Below the pieces are notes generated by a model. That model saw only the letters and a program-made list of their open reading frames with translations. It was not told where the DNA came from and made no database searches. A stretch of DNA of 64,000 bases from Lachnospiraceae bacterium (lineage in GTDB: Bacteria > Bacillota > Clostridia > Lachnospirales > Lachnospiraceae): NCBI GenBank assembly GCA_900763175.1, contig CAAFJI010000200.1, positions 1,327-65,326 of the forward strand. Reading direction: 5' to 3'. Positions within the stretch are counted from its first letter, which is position 1, and each line of letters starts with the position of its first letter. Below are positions 50,401 through 58,710 of the stretch, one piece after another. The position numbers and the translations under genes were made by a program.

Positions 50401-51946
50401 TGATCTGCTGGACAGCAAAAATGTCCTGGGAACAGATAAGCCCCTGGGAATCGGTGATTATGACCTGCAGGTGGAATACAGCAGTGGAGAAGACGATGCG
50501 GATGTGGCGGCGTTTGCTTCCGGAAACAGCGAAGGCACCGCAGCAGTATTCTCAGATGGAACGGATTCGGAAGCTGAGGCGTTCTCTTCTGATGAAGGAG
50601 GTTTCGGCGACACTTCAGATATGGCAGCAGTAGAATCTGCCGGAACAACAGGAGCAGATACAACGGCGGTCAATGCCGGCTCTTCCAGAATTCTGGATCC
50701 GGATGATTATATTGCAGAAGTGGTAGCAATTCGCTATGACACCACGAAAAAGTGCTATGTAGCTACTGTAAAAGCAAGAAAAACAGGTACGACTGTCATC
50801 ACAGTGAAAACAACAGGAATAGACAATCAGCCATATCGTGCTTCTTTCACATTAACTGTGACAGCAAACCTGACGGTTTATGCATCTCCGGATTCCATTA
50901 CCCAGAATGTAGGGGCTTCTACAGATGTTACTCTTTATGCAGTGCCAAGTGCAATGATGACGAGCACGAATGCCCTGGATTTTGCAGGAGCAAATGTAAT
51001 CGTAGGTGCAGAAGGATTTGTGGGAGAAAGCAGTGAAAATGCATCATCATCAGCATCTGAAGCTGCAGTTGAGACATTTGCAGCAGACGATACAGAGGTA
51101 AACACAGACAGCGATTCTGCATTAGAAGTTTATGCAAACGGTTCTCAGGAACCGGAGAAGAATCTGGCATCCTTTATTACCTGGGGAATAAAGGCCAGTG
51201 AAGAAGGCCCGGTGAGCATTTCTTCCGTGGTAAACAGCAGATTCCGGGTAACAAGTGAAGCAGAAGTACCAGTAACATTGACTATTACTGGAAAATTTGT
51301 TTACGAAGGTGTAGAATATACCAGTATCACATGGGTAGAGGTAACATCTACGGAGATAAAGGAAATTAAATGGCAAAATGAAAGTGAAGAGCTGGTACTT
51401 ACCGCAAATGCCACGGGAACCAGTACAGCTACAGAGAAAATTTTCTATCTCAATGTGCCGGAAGGCAGTTTGAATGAGAATGCACTTACCACTGCCAACT
51501 TTACAGTTTCCCGAAATTCCGGTACGTCTCAGCAGACCTATACCGATGGGGATGGAATGGAGCGTTCTTTCACAGATGGAATGCCAGTAATAACGAAGGT
51601 AGAAAAAACGTCAGCCACAACCTACGCAGTAACGGTCAAAGGATTCCAGGCAGGTTCATTCACCATTACTTTTGGTGCAGTTGGAGCAGATGGAATTACA
51701 AATTATACAGATTCTTTCCAGCTGACAGTAAAAGATCCGGTGACTTCCGGACAGAATACGTCAGACGTTCCGGGAACAGATCCAGCAGCTGACGGATGGG
51801 CAGAGTCTCCGGAGGAAGATTTCGATTTCACCTCTGATGCTGCAGCTGGCTGGGGAGACCAAAGTAATGATTATGTAGATATCGTGCCAGATGAGGACAA
51901 TGCCGGATTTACAGGAGATGGTGGAAACTGGGAGAGCAATGAATAA
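44417..51946 (+). CDS. Giant (2509 aa) modular type IV pilin-like protein / putative adhesin
   Basis: Class III signal peptide KREKG|YTLAEVLATVAILLIL; GLUG-like motifs (VGGLVG, YAGGLTG); first gene of the pilus operon. Confidence 0.88.
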   Translation: MREFCKNKREKGYTLAEVLATVAILLILMAIAVPAIFTIRKNLRQKALDSKAELIYTAVQNNLVKMQSNGNSSMYAKDKATLMGVVPSDATEEKTLYYVTSATKENAKSAASVLVTADTVDEDLYSHYWVVEYNPESASVYAVFYSETRSDYDPETYNSLRYKEERMSDGARVGYYGGDAIDSSNTSTLAPKISIINEEKLIASIICMRQDSKDLSFEITLTDGDGNSLTLKYKPSADKKKLVHDKDDLHLAASSDVDENESSSIVGKKYTLDINLDDLTKDSLRFAALYGNKNSDLTKTGKTPLNAGTSLKIKATVRSASSRVDGKYSEAVTNSLFADSSSDTQASIIYGRHLQNLDQGSGVSANITEAVQQSNIHFEEQTDKEEGDTSSWYSCYKEKTFTPISNVNLKSYKGNSNAAIYHLTVDKAVPVSSSSGSSSGTYDAGLFAFLNDGMTVDAVSLSGTSVKITGETNAYVGALAGETLGSATITNCQVFLENEDVDGKTDADSWISGGQKMGGLIGQTGGRVTITKSFASTVMDGGETGTVGGLVGENRERIQITSSYSDSYLTGNITAGIIANARSSVNISSSYTAGYQKAKSNAGGMVAKATATGADLTDVYSAVTFVDFTNADGSLADAARYSIAPGTVTNGYYLNKGNVREDDTHHDQGTNVSYKELSDRGAMAAKLGSDFVTSTTTHAYNLRNQGLSSYSYPALKNMSHYGDWEASYEPGSLVYYEKYEANTIREVGFFGGNITSTLLDDQTILGDGYGVVYLDRDAPKTAVSLECQTGADENTTTTITIAPTDAHYEVQVENNTYLVYPLPTEIINAAAIPGTFYQKLTIKGENAVGGTDGTSTQADEVINGRTFYFNSHFAKTVETTDEIPANPTRIAIRTARQLYHLSLYYNDYAEITKSSTFNQETDIDYTIYDWTSFAGIQTVTVQSPLGVRDGNQIAFEATYNGGSHEIRGISFEASTARIGFIAENAGVVQNVFLVSDWKTGTGASNLHVNYKGTIGSNRTVYAGALAGVNKGRIQNCAVCGYQLGASGLIYVQRNGALYAGGLTGSNQGTILNSSADVPSISTNVLYGNAYLGGFAGENAASGSIRNSYALGNVSVTFARGANAVIGGFTASNAGVLRSDYCAVAMTAAGSTSTYGFAPKGNGIISSDCYYLNGGTFLYLGKMLPFDNDNANGGGTGVSYNDMVEKTGNKAVSSRDHGATNESNYPFGAVVSNAAGRIHYGNWQIPVDLGGMGVIYWELEEGGANNGYHFSYIGYTQDAESPSDTLHMVSGSTLCEQHDDSGKIRQYGYGYYYANALSSTQQPVMQTPADFQTGDVNAEASAELTSRLGGFTVVAYTTEPSIEGTAGMENYMKMTRKDRQANGQWSFDYNGQTYTFTINPFFANAMQYGVDNGTTRVNAIASQSLTILDENGVEVQANASYPMPGTEENEYEIRSDDQLQYLNWNYNTENAYTMIVEGNYKAQVDKYPYLGYAYATTSVNTKYYWMQTHDVDAEMVHTEVNQDSNLKFTQIGSMYDEKGKLDQEAAAAYMTYFSGSYDGNTYYIKNVEVDSKNTVVGLFGSIIGADVQNVILYSENGNYIQRNQNSPRSWYAIGGLCGLAAVGSGKDPADVKITNCTVSGYVVRDNSTQSSWGDGNIGGMFGMCTVDLVRCTAVTTIDLNTEFDNTKSDGVSVRAGGLVGSMRGNISSCYTGGEIKCEERCRINAGTWAPSPQGGFKTRTKLFLGGITGGIYIKNKGNLTALLGGPIKGLEEPWYTCGANQVCTVPTTVISNSYTYIKMPDDAETVKVAKSIEPIGSNGETPHENSYNHHVRVEVKNCYYYTNNIPQSSLKQFTVGNANNSNSWGNFTNIVSDAMAISWDQLAGNAPIEKNGTSKTLLEWLNTNNSTPFETVTTTENGQNVSGKYSFPGDRTDLNGEDYPFPTVLQQEAGNGHVNVHYGEWPLEGIYWKESRATMDIYEDLVLTEGDDYGIALKDFDLLDSKNVLGTDKPLGIGDYDLQVEYSSGEDDADVAAFASGNSEGTAAVFSDGTDSEAEAFSSDEGGFGDTSDMAAVESAGTTGADTTAVNAGSSRILDPDDYIAEVVAIRYDTTKKCYVATVKARKTGTTVITVKTTGIDNQPYRASFTLTVTANLTVYASPDSITQNVGASTDVTLYAVPSAMMTSTNALDFAGANVIVGAEGFVGESSENASSSASEAAVETFAADDTEVNTDSDSALEVYANGSQEPEKNLASFITWGIKASEEGPVSISSVVNSRFRVTSEAEVPVTLTITGKFVYEGVEYTSITWVEVTSTEIKEIKWQNESEELVLTANATGTSTATEKIFYLNVPEGSLNENALTTANFTVSRNSGTSQQTYTDGDGMERSFTDGMPVITKVEKTSATTYAVTVKGFQAGSFTITFGAVGADGITNYTDSFQLTVKDPVTSGQNTSDVPGTDPAADGWAESPEEDFDFTSDAAAGWGDQSNDYVDIVPDEDNAGFTGDGGNWESNE

Positions 51947-51999
51947 ATACGGGATACAGGAGAAACAGGTACAATGAGGACAATGGAGGTGCCGACAGA

Positions 52000-52782
52000 A
52001 TGCTGAAAAAAAAAATCAACCAAAAACTGAAATCAGAAAAAGGCGCCTCCATATTCTTTGGACTGCTTCTTTTTCTGGTGGCATCCATGGTAAGTATCGT
52101 GATACTGGACGGCGCAGTTACTACTGTGAAACGTGTGGAATCTGACCGGACAGCAGAACAGAATTATCTGACCTGTTCCAGTGCAGCGAAGCTTCTGAGA
52201 GATGAAATCGTAAACTCTCAGGTGGCGAAGATCAAAACAGTGACGGAGCAGAAGCGGGGGAATTCGGTAATATCGACCCAGACAACTATTACGTGGCGGG
52301 GAACTTCCGTCAGTTCGGGTACATCTGGCGGAACTTCTGATGAGTTCGCTACATATTTTCAGAAATATATACAGGATTACTGCGAGAAGAAAGATGCTGA
52401 AGCACCTGGCCCTTATACGAAGAAATTTACCGTTTCTGTGCCATCTAATCTGAAGGAGCAGAAAGAAAAAGAGGCGTTTGACGAAGTTACCGCAGAACTG
52501 ACCATAGAGGAAGCTGCGAAAGTCAATGAGAATAATCCCGCCGGTTATGATATTTCTGTGAAACTGGTTACGGGAACAGGCAGTGATACCTGCCAGATGT
52601 TTCTTAAGGTATCCGGGAAAGCCAGTCCGGAGAAGATAGAGACTACGGAAACAAGTGGAGGCACGGGAACGGGTACTGGTACTTGGAACAAAAAAACCGT
52701 GATCACTACCACAACAACGACCTATACCTGGGAGCCATTGAAAATTATTTACGGTGATAAGGAGCTTAATACAGAGGAATGA
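52000..52782 (+). CDS. Minor pilin, PilX-like (no Glu at +5)
   Basis: LKSEKG|ASIFFGLLLFLVA: basic leader, Gly, hydrophobic helix. Confidence 0.75.
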   Translation: MLKKKINQKLKSEKGASIFFGLLLFLVASMVSIVILDGAVTTVKRVESDRTAEQNYLTCSSAAKLLRDEIVNSQVAKIKTVTEQKRGNSVISTQTTITWRGTSVSSGTSGGTSDEFATYFQKYIQDYCEKKDAEAPGPYTKKFTVSVPSNLKEQKEKEAFDEVTAELTIEEAAKVNENNPAGYDISVKLVTGTGSDTCQMFLKVSGKASPEKIETTETSGGTGTGTGTWNKKTVITTTTTTYTWEPLKIIYGDKELNTEE

Positions 52783-53120
52783 AAATAAGAGAAAAAATAA
52801 GAAAAAAATTTCATAGTACCTCTGGGGAAACCATAGTGGAAACTCTGGTTACGATGATCATTTTGTCACTGGCGGTACTGATGCTGGCAGGTGCAGTGGT
52901 GACCGCAGCAAGAATCAATAAAAAAGCTGATAATACAGACACTGCGTTTACTGCAGGAAGAGAGATCGGAGGGACGGGAACCGGCAGTCCTTCTGTCACA
53001 ATTTCGGAAAATCAGACAGCAGGAACCGGAGCTTCTGTCACGGTACCTGTGAGAGTTTACCAGACAGAGAAAAAAGCAAATAAAAACTATACCTATTATG
53101 AGATGTATAAGGCGAATTAA
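52779..53120 (+). CDS. Minor pilin, PilV-like
   Basis: HSTSG|ETIVETLVTMIIL with Glu at +5. Confidence 0.8.
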   Translation: MKIREKIRKKFHSTSGETIVETLVTMIILSLAVLMLAGAVVTAARINKKADNTDTAFTAGREIGGTGTGSPSVTISENQTAGTGASVTVPVRVYQTEKKANKNYTYYEMYKAN

Positions 53121-53160
53121 AGCCTGATACCAGTACAAAATACCTGACAGGAGAAAAGCG

Positions 53161-53760
53161 ATGAGACATATGTTCAGAAAAAGAATTGCAAACAGAATAC
53201 GAAAAAAACTGTCCCAGAAACAAGGCTTTTCCCTGGGAGAGCTGCTGGCAGCTACGATCATTCTGCTGCTGGCAAGCCAGGTACTGACACAGGGCATGGC
53301 TTTTGCCGTGCGGATGTATAATGAATCGCTTACAAGGTCACATGGGAAGCAGCTGTGCTCCACTTTGACGAATGTAATCGAAACAGAACTTCGATATACT
53401 ACGAGAATTACAAAAGACAGCAGTGGAAGAATTACGAAATACTTCAGTCAGACTTATGGAAAAACACAGAGCAGTTTTGCTGCTATTGATGATAAGGAAA
53501 ATCCGGTAGCTGGTACGACGGGCGGGGAAATTGCCATACAGATCACGGACGAAAACGACAATCTTGTGTGGCAGAAACTTATTTCTTCTGCCAGCTACAG
53601 CTCTTATAATCTGAAAGCAAGGGTGGGAAGTGTGACATTTGATGAGGGCTCCAATACCTTCCATGTCGAGCTTCACATTATAGATAAAACAGGAAATAAT
53701 CTGGTTACCAATCAATTCGATGTAATTGCAGTCAACAAGGTAACTGTAAATCAGGAATAA
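53161..53760 (+). CDS. Minor pilin, PilW-like
   Basis: SQKQG|FSLGELLAATIIL with Glu at +5. Confidence 0.85.
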   Translation: MRHMFRKRIANRIRKKLSQKQGFSLGELLAATIILLLASQVLTQGMAFAVRMYNESLTRSHGKQLCSTLTNVIETELRYTTRITKDSSGRITKYFSQTYGKTQSSFAAIDDKENPVAGTTGGEIAIQITDENDNLVWQKLISSASYSSYNLKARVGSVTFDEGSNTFHVELHIIDKTGNNLVTNQFDVIAVNKVTVNQE

Positions 53761-53777
53761 ACCGAAGGAGAAAACAG

Positions 53778-55484
53778 ATGGCATACAAACGTCTTGGTGA
53801 CCTGCTGATCGCAGCAGGAACCATTACACCGGAAGAGCTGGAGGTAGGTCTGGAAAGACAGAAAGAAACCAAAGAACGACTTGGTGCAGCTCTTATTTCA
53901 GCAGGAATCATTACAGAGGCAGAGCTGATAGAGGCCCTTCGTCTTCAGCTTGGTATTGAGTACATAGACCTTTCCAAAACCACAATTCCTATTTCCATGG
54001 CACAGGCAGTACCGAAAAATATTGCCAAACAGTTCCAGGTTGTGCCGGTCCGTATTGTAAAGGACGAGCTGTTTCTTGCAATGAGTGACCCTATGAACTT
54101 CTATGCGATCGAGGAAGTAAAGAAGGCTGTCCGTAAGAAAATTGTGCCTATGATTGCAACTACAGAAGGCGTTAAGCACGCTATTCTGGTTCTTTATGGA
54201 AACGAAGGTGCAGCCAGAGCTATTGAGGCTATGAAGCGAGAAGCACCTGCTGCAGAAGAGAATACAGAGAATAGTGCATTTTCCGGAAATATCCTCAACG
54301 ACAACATTAACGATGCACCCACCATCCGTCTGGTAAACTCTATCATTGAGCGAGCGATTCTGGAACGTGCCAGTGATATTCATATTGAGCCTAAGGAAAA
54401 GGAGCTCCAGGTACGAATGCGTATCGATGGTGTGCTCCGCCAGATCCTTACCATCCCCAAGAATCTGCAGAACTCCGTTCTTTCCCGTATTAAGATCATG
54501 AGTGGAATGGATATTGCAGAGCGCAGAATCCCGCAGGATGGACGATTTAATGTAAAAAATAAAAAGGGCGAGTACGACCTTCGTGTTTCCTCCCTGCCAA
54601 CTGTATACGGTGAGAAAATTGTTGCCCGTCTTCTTGACAAAAAGGCAGGCTACCTTACGCCGGAGTCCATCGGCTTAGCTGGCTCCAATCTGGAGAAATA
54701 TAAGCACGCCATCCACTGTACAAGTGGTGTTATCCTGATCGCAGGACCTACCGGAAGTGGTAAATCCTCTACCATGAATACCATGATTTCCCAGCTGAAT
54801 ACGGAGGAAGTAAATGTGGTAACTCTTGAGGATCCGGTTGAGTACAACATTGACGGTGTCAACCAGGTACAGATTAATGAGAAGACAGGAATGGATTTTG
54901 CCAACGGACTTCGTGCCATTCTTCGACAGGATCCGGATATCATTGCAGTAGGAGAGATTCGAGACGGAGAGACTGCCCAGATCTGTATGCGTGCCGCAAT
55001 CACCGGACACGTTGTGCTTTCCACAATCCATACCAACGATGCAGTGGGAACCATTGAGCGTCTGGAGGATATTGGCGTTGAGCCATATCTGATTGCGACA
55101 GCCCTTCGCTGCGTGATTTCCCAGCGACTGGTGCGAAGAATCTGTCCGAAATGTAAAAAGAGCTATGAGGCCACAGAGGAGGAAGTAAGGCGTCTGGGAC
55201 TTAGCACGGAGAAAAAGCATATTTTCTATCGTGGTGAAGGATGTGCAGACTGCTTTAATACCGGATACCGAGGTCGAATCGGTGTGTTTGAGATTTTAGA
55301 AATCATGCCGGAAATCAGAACACTGATTTCCCAGGGAGCGGGAAGAACGGCTATTGAAGAAGAGTTAAACAGTGACAAAAGCCGGTTTAAGACCCTGAAG
55401 GAAAATGCCATTGAACTGGTAGAAGAGGGAATCACAACAGTAAAGGAAGTACAGCGTGTTATCTATGAGGCTGGAGAAGCATAA
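53778..55484 (+). CDS. pilB: Type IV pilus assembly ATPase
   Basis: N-terminal KRLGDLL...RLGAAL, ASDIHIEP, GPTGSGKS, LEDPVE, LRQDPD, CPKC/CADC zinc motif. Confidence 0.95.
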   Translation: MAYKRLGDLLIAAGTITPEELEVGLERQKETKERLGAALISAGIITEAELIEALRLQLGIEYIDLSKTTIPISMAQAVPKNIAKQFQVVPVRIVKDELFLAMSDPMNFYAIEEVKKAVRKKIVPMIATTEGVKHAILVLYGNEGAARAIEAMKREAPAAEENTENSAFSGNILNDNINDAPTIRLVNSIIERAILERASDIHIEPKEKELQVRMRIDGVLRQILTIPKNLQNSVLSRIKIMSGMDIAERRIPQDGRFNVKNKKGEYDLRVSSLPTVYGEKIVARLLDKKAGYLTPESIGLAGSNLEKYKHAIHCTSGVILIAGPTGSGKSSTMNTMISQLNTEEVNVVTLEDPVEYNIDGVNQVQINEKTGMDFANGLRAILRQDPDIIAVGEIRDGETAQICMRAAITGHVVLSTIHTNDAVGTIERLEDIGVEPYLIATALRCVISQRLVRRICPKCKKSYEATEEEVRRLGLSTEKKHIFYRGEGCADCFNTGYRGRIGVFEILEIMPEIRTLISQGAGRTAIEEELNSDKSRFKTLKENAIELVEEGITTVKEVQRVIYEAGEA

Positions 55485-55526
55485 GGCCGGAGGTGTGGAG
55501 AAGCACCTATAATCATAAGACTGGAG

Positions 55527-56582
55527 ATGGAAAAACATATGTATAATATAGAAGAATTAGTTGAAACAGCCAGAAGAACCGGTGCGTCTGATGTACATAT
55601 CGTGTGTGGACTGCCGCCGAAATTCCGTCTGGACGGACAGCTGGAGAGTATGTTCGAGGGAAGGCTGTCAGAGGAAGACTGCGAGCAGCTTTGCAGAGAT
55701 CTGGCAAGGGAAAGCTATGATAAGCTGGAATACACCGGAGAGCTGGATTTTTCCAGAGAGCTTCGTGGAATCCGCTGCAGATGTCACGTTTTCCGGCAGC
55801 AGGGCAAGGTATCTGCTGCTGTCCGTTTGTTAAGCGAGAGCATCCCCAGACTGGATTCCCTTGGACTTCCGCCCTCAGCATTGGAATTTACCAGACTGCA
55901 TAAGGGGATTGTGCTTGTAACTGGTGAGACTGGCTCCGGTAAATCTACTACTTTGGCTGCAATGCTGGATGAGATCAACCATACAAGAAAAAATCATATT
56001 GTCACGTTGGAGGATCCTATCGAGTATGTCTATACGCCGGACCTCTGCGTGATCAATCAGCGTGAGGTGGGAAAAGATACTGCAAGCTTTTCCGAGGGTC
56101 TGCGTGCCAGCCTTCGTGAAGATCCTGACGTTATCCTCATCGGTGAGATGCGAGACAAGGACACCATTGAAACTGCGATCACAGCAGCTGAAACAGGTCA
56201 TCTCGTATTCGGAACTCTTCATACAGGAAGTGCTTCTGATGCCATTGACCGTATGGTACAGGTTTTTCCGGAGGGAATGCAGAACCAGATCCGTCTCCAG
56301 CTTTCCATGACCCTGATGGCAGTTATTTCCCAGCAGCTTGTGAAGAGAAAGGTAGGTGGCCGTGTCCTTGCCAGTGAAGTCATGGTTGTGACAGATGGCA
56401 TCCGAAATATGATTCGCGGCGGAAACACACCACAGATCGCAAATGCCATTGCAACAAGCGCAGGAATCGGAGGACAGACCATGGACCAGTCTCTGGTATC
56501 TCTTGTCCGCTCCAGACAAATTGACAAAAACGTGGCAGTAGATCATGCAAATGACGTGATTTATGTGAAAAAAAATGCGTGA
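55527..56582 (+). CDS. pilT: Type IV pilus retraction ATPase
   Basis: ASDVHI, GETGSGKSTT, LEDPIE, INQREVG, LREDPD, AAETGHLV, GIRNMIR (AIRNLIRE-like). Confidence 0.95.
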   Translation: MEKHMYNIEELVETARRTGASDVHIVCGLPPKFRLDGQLESMFEGRLSEEDCEQLCRDLARESYDKLEYTGELDFSRELRGIRCRCHVFRQQGKVSAAVRLLSESIPRLDSLGLPPSALEFTRLHKGIVLVTGETGSGKSTTLAAMLDEINHTRKNHIVTLEDPIEYVYTPDLCVINQREVGKDTASFSEGLRASLREDPDVILIGEMRDKDTIETAITAAETGHLVFGTLHTGSASDAIDRMVQVFPEGMQNQIRLQLSMTLMAVISQQLVKRKVGGRVLASEVMVVTDGIRNMIRGGNTPQIANAIATSAGIGGQTMDQSLVSLVRSRQIDKNVAVDHANDVIYVKKNA

Positions 56583-56596
56583 AAGGTGGATGAGAA

Positions 56597-57811
56597 GTGG
56601 CAGCATATAAGTATACAGCCATATCGAAAAGCGGAGTAAAGGTTTCCGGCGTAGTAGAGGGCTTTAATGAGTTTGATGCGGTTGACCGTATCAAGCAGGA
56701 CTGTGACATTGTTCTGAAGCTTACAGAGGTGGAAGAAAAGAAGCCGGGACTTCTGAATATGGAAATCGGTGGAAACAAGCTGAATGCGAAAGCTTTTTCC
56801 CTTATGTGCTCTCAGTTTTCCATTATTCTCCAGTCTGGTATTCCCATTGGCCGTACTGTGCGGCTGATCGGAGATAAAATGACAGATAAGAAACTGAAGG
56901 GCATTTTGAAAAAGGTTGCCGAGGATGTAGAGGCCGGTCGAAGCGTGGCTCTTAGCTTCCAGGAAAGAGGGGGAAAGCTTCTTCCGGCTGTTTTCATTGA
57001 AACCATCCGTGCAGGTGAGGAATCCGGTAATCTGGCAAGGGCCTTTGAAACCATGTACCAGCATTATGACAAGCAGGTAAAAATGCGTGCAAAGGTGCGG
57101 AATGCCTTGATCTATCCGGTGTTTGTCCTTGCTCTTTCCGTTGTAGTTGTTATTGTCCTGATGGTAAAGGTTGTGCCTACATTTATTGACATTTTTGCAT
57201 CCTATGACGCAGAGTTGCCAATGATCACACAGTCCCTGATCTGGCTCTCCAATTTTTTCCGGAAATATATTTTGTGGATTACGGTGTTTTTTGCAGCTGT
57301 TGTGATTGCGTTTAAGCTTTATGCAAACACAGAAAGCGGCCGACTGAAGGTTGCCAAAATGGCGTTGAAGATACCGGTCCTTGGCAATGTCTCCATGCTT
57401 AGTGCAGCCAGTGAGTTTGCAGCTAATCTTACGACTCTGATTGGCGCCGGCCTTCAGCTGACGAAGGCAGTAAGCATCACGGCAAAGGTAATCAATAATT
57501 ATTATATCAGCCAGTGCGTTGGAAAGATGACTTCCAGGCTGGAAGAAGGTCGTTCTTTGGGAGATTGTATGAGAGAAGCAAACTGCTTACCTGCTATTCT
57601 GGTGGATATGACAGCAGTTGGAGAAGAAACTGGTGAACTGGAGGGTACCTTGCATACAGTATCGGGTTATTATGAATCTGAGCTGGATATGGCAGTACAG
57701 GATGTGTTGAAAAAACTGGAACCAACCCTTCTGGTCTTCATGGCGGGAATTGCCGGCTATATCGTTCTGGCAGTTTATATTGCCATGTTCCAGATGTATG
57801 CGGTTATGTAA
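56597..57811 (+). CDS. pilC: Type IV pilus platform protein
   Basis: AGEESGNL, ALIYP, VGEETGEL, LEP; T2SSF repeats. GTG start. Confidence 0.93.
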   Translation: MAAYKYTAISKSGVKVSGVVEGFNEFDAVDRIKQDCDIVLKLTEVEEKKPGLLNMEIGGNKLNAKAFSLMCSQFSIILQSGIPIGRTVRLIGDKMTDKKLKGILKKVAEDVEAGRSVALSFQERGGKLLPAVFIETIRAGEESGNLARAFETMYQHYDKQVKMRAKVRNALIYPVFVLALSVVVVIVLMVKVVPTFIDIFASYDAELPMITQSLIWLSNFFRKYILWITVFFAAVVIAFKLYANTESGRLKVAKMALKIPVLGNVSMLSAASEFAANLTTLIGAGLQLTKAVSITAKVINNYYISQCVGKMTSRLEEGRSLGDCMREANCLPAILVDMTAVGEETGELEGTLHTVSGYYESELDMAVQDVLKKLEPTLLVFMAGIAGYIVLAVYIAMFQMYAVM

Positions 57812-57822
57812 GGGAAAAAACA

Positions 57823-58617
57823 ATGTCTATTTATGATGATTCATTTTTTATGATCTACTGTTGTGTGCTGGCAGGAATTTTCGGCGCAGTTCTGGGGTCT
57901 TTTCTGAACTGTACGGCCTGGCGGATCGCACATGGGGAATCCTTTGTAAAGGGGAGGAGTCACTGTACAAGCTGCGGCCATGTTCTGGGATTCCCGGATC
58001 TGGTCCCCGTGTTTTCCTGGCTGCTTCTTGGGGGAAAATGCCGTTATTGTAAGACAAAGATAAGTCCGCAGTATATGCTGACAGAGCTGTTTTTTGCAGC
58101 AGTCAGCGTGCTCAGCCTGATGCGTTTTGATTTGTCTGGGGAATATGTGAGAAATATGATTCTTGCCTGTTGCCTGTTCTGCCTGTCTCTGGTAGATCTG
58201 GAAATTTTTGAAATCCCCAATGAATGCGTATTGCTTCCGGCTATTGCCTGGGCTGCGGCGGTTCCGTTTATGGATATGAGCAAAACAGACGTACTGGTTC
58301 ATATAATTTCCGGTGCAGGATATGGCATTGGGATGTTGATACTTGTGCTGATTTTTGATAAAATTCTTGGCAGGGAAACAATGGGCGGGGGCGATCTGAA
58401 GCTTTTTGCCCTTATGGGCCTGTACCTGGGTGTGGCGGCATCTTTATTTGCCCTGTTTTTTTCCTGTATTCTGGGGCTCCTTATGGGAGCTGTGCAGAAT
58501 CGGTATGGGAAAGGAAAAAGTACGCCCATTCCTTTTGGTCCGGCAATCGCACTGGCTTTTTACGCAATGCTGTTATATGGTGACGGGCTGGTGAGCTGGT
58601 ATCTGGGGTTGCTTTAA
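57823..58617 (+). CDS. pilD: Prepilin peptidase
   Basis: GSFLN, RSHCTSC, GKCRYC, VDLE, MGGGDLKL, IPFGPAI. Confidence 0.95.
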   Translation: MSIYDDSFFMIYCCVLAGIFGAVLGSFLNCTAWRIAHGESFVKGRSHCTSCGHVLGFPDLVPVFSWLLLGGKCRYCKTKISPQYMLTELFFAAVSVLSLMRFDLSGEYVRNMILACCLFCLSLVDLEIFEIPNECVLLPAIAWAAAVPFMDMSKTDVLVHIISGAGYGIGMLILVLIFDKILGRETMGGGDLKLFALMGLYLGVAASLFALFFSCILGLLMGAVQNRYGKGKSTPIPFGPAIALAFYAMLLYGDGLVSWYLGLL

Positions 58618-58710
58618 AAGGATGCGGACAGCTGCCTGCAATCTGGGAATTGTTTTCGGACTGCAAAAGAGAAAATACAGGCAAATGACATAGAATAGAA
58701 GAGGTTTGTT

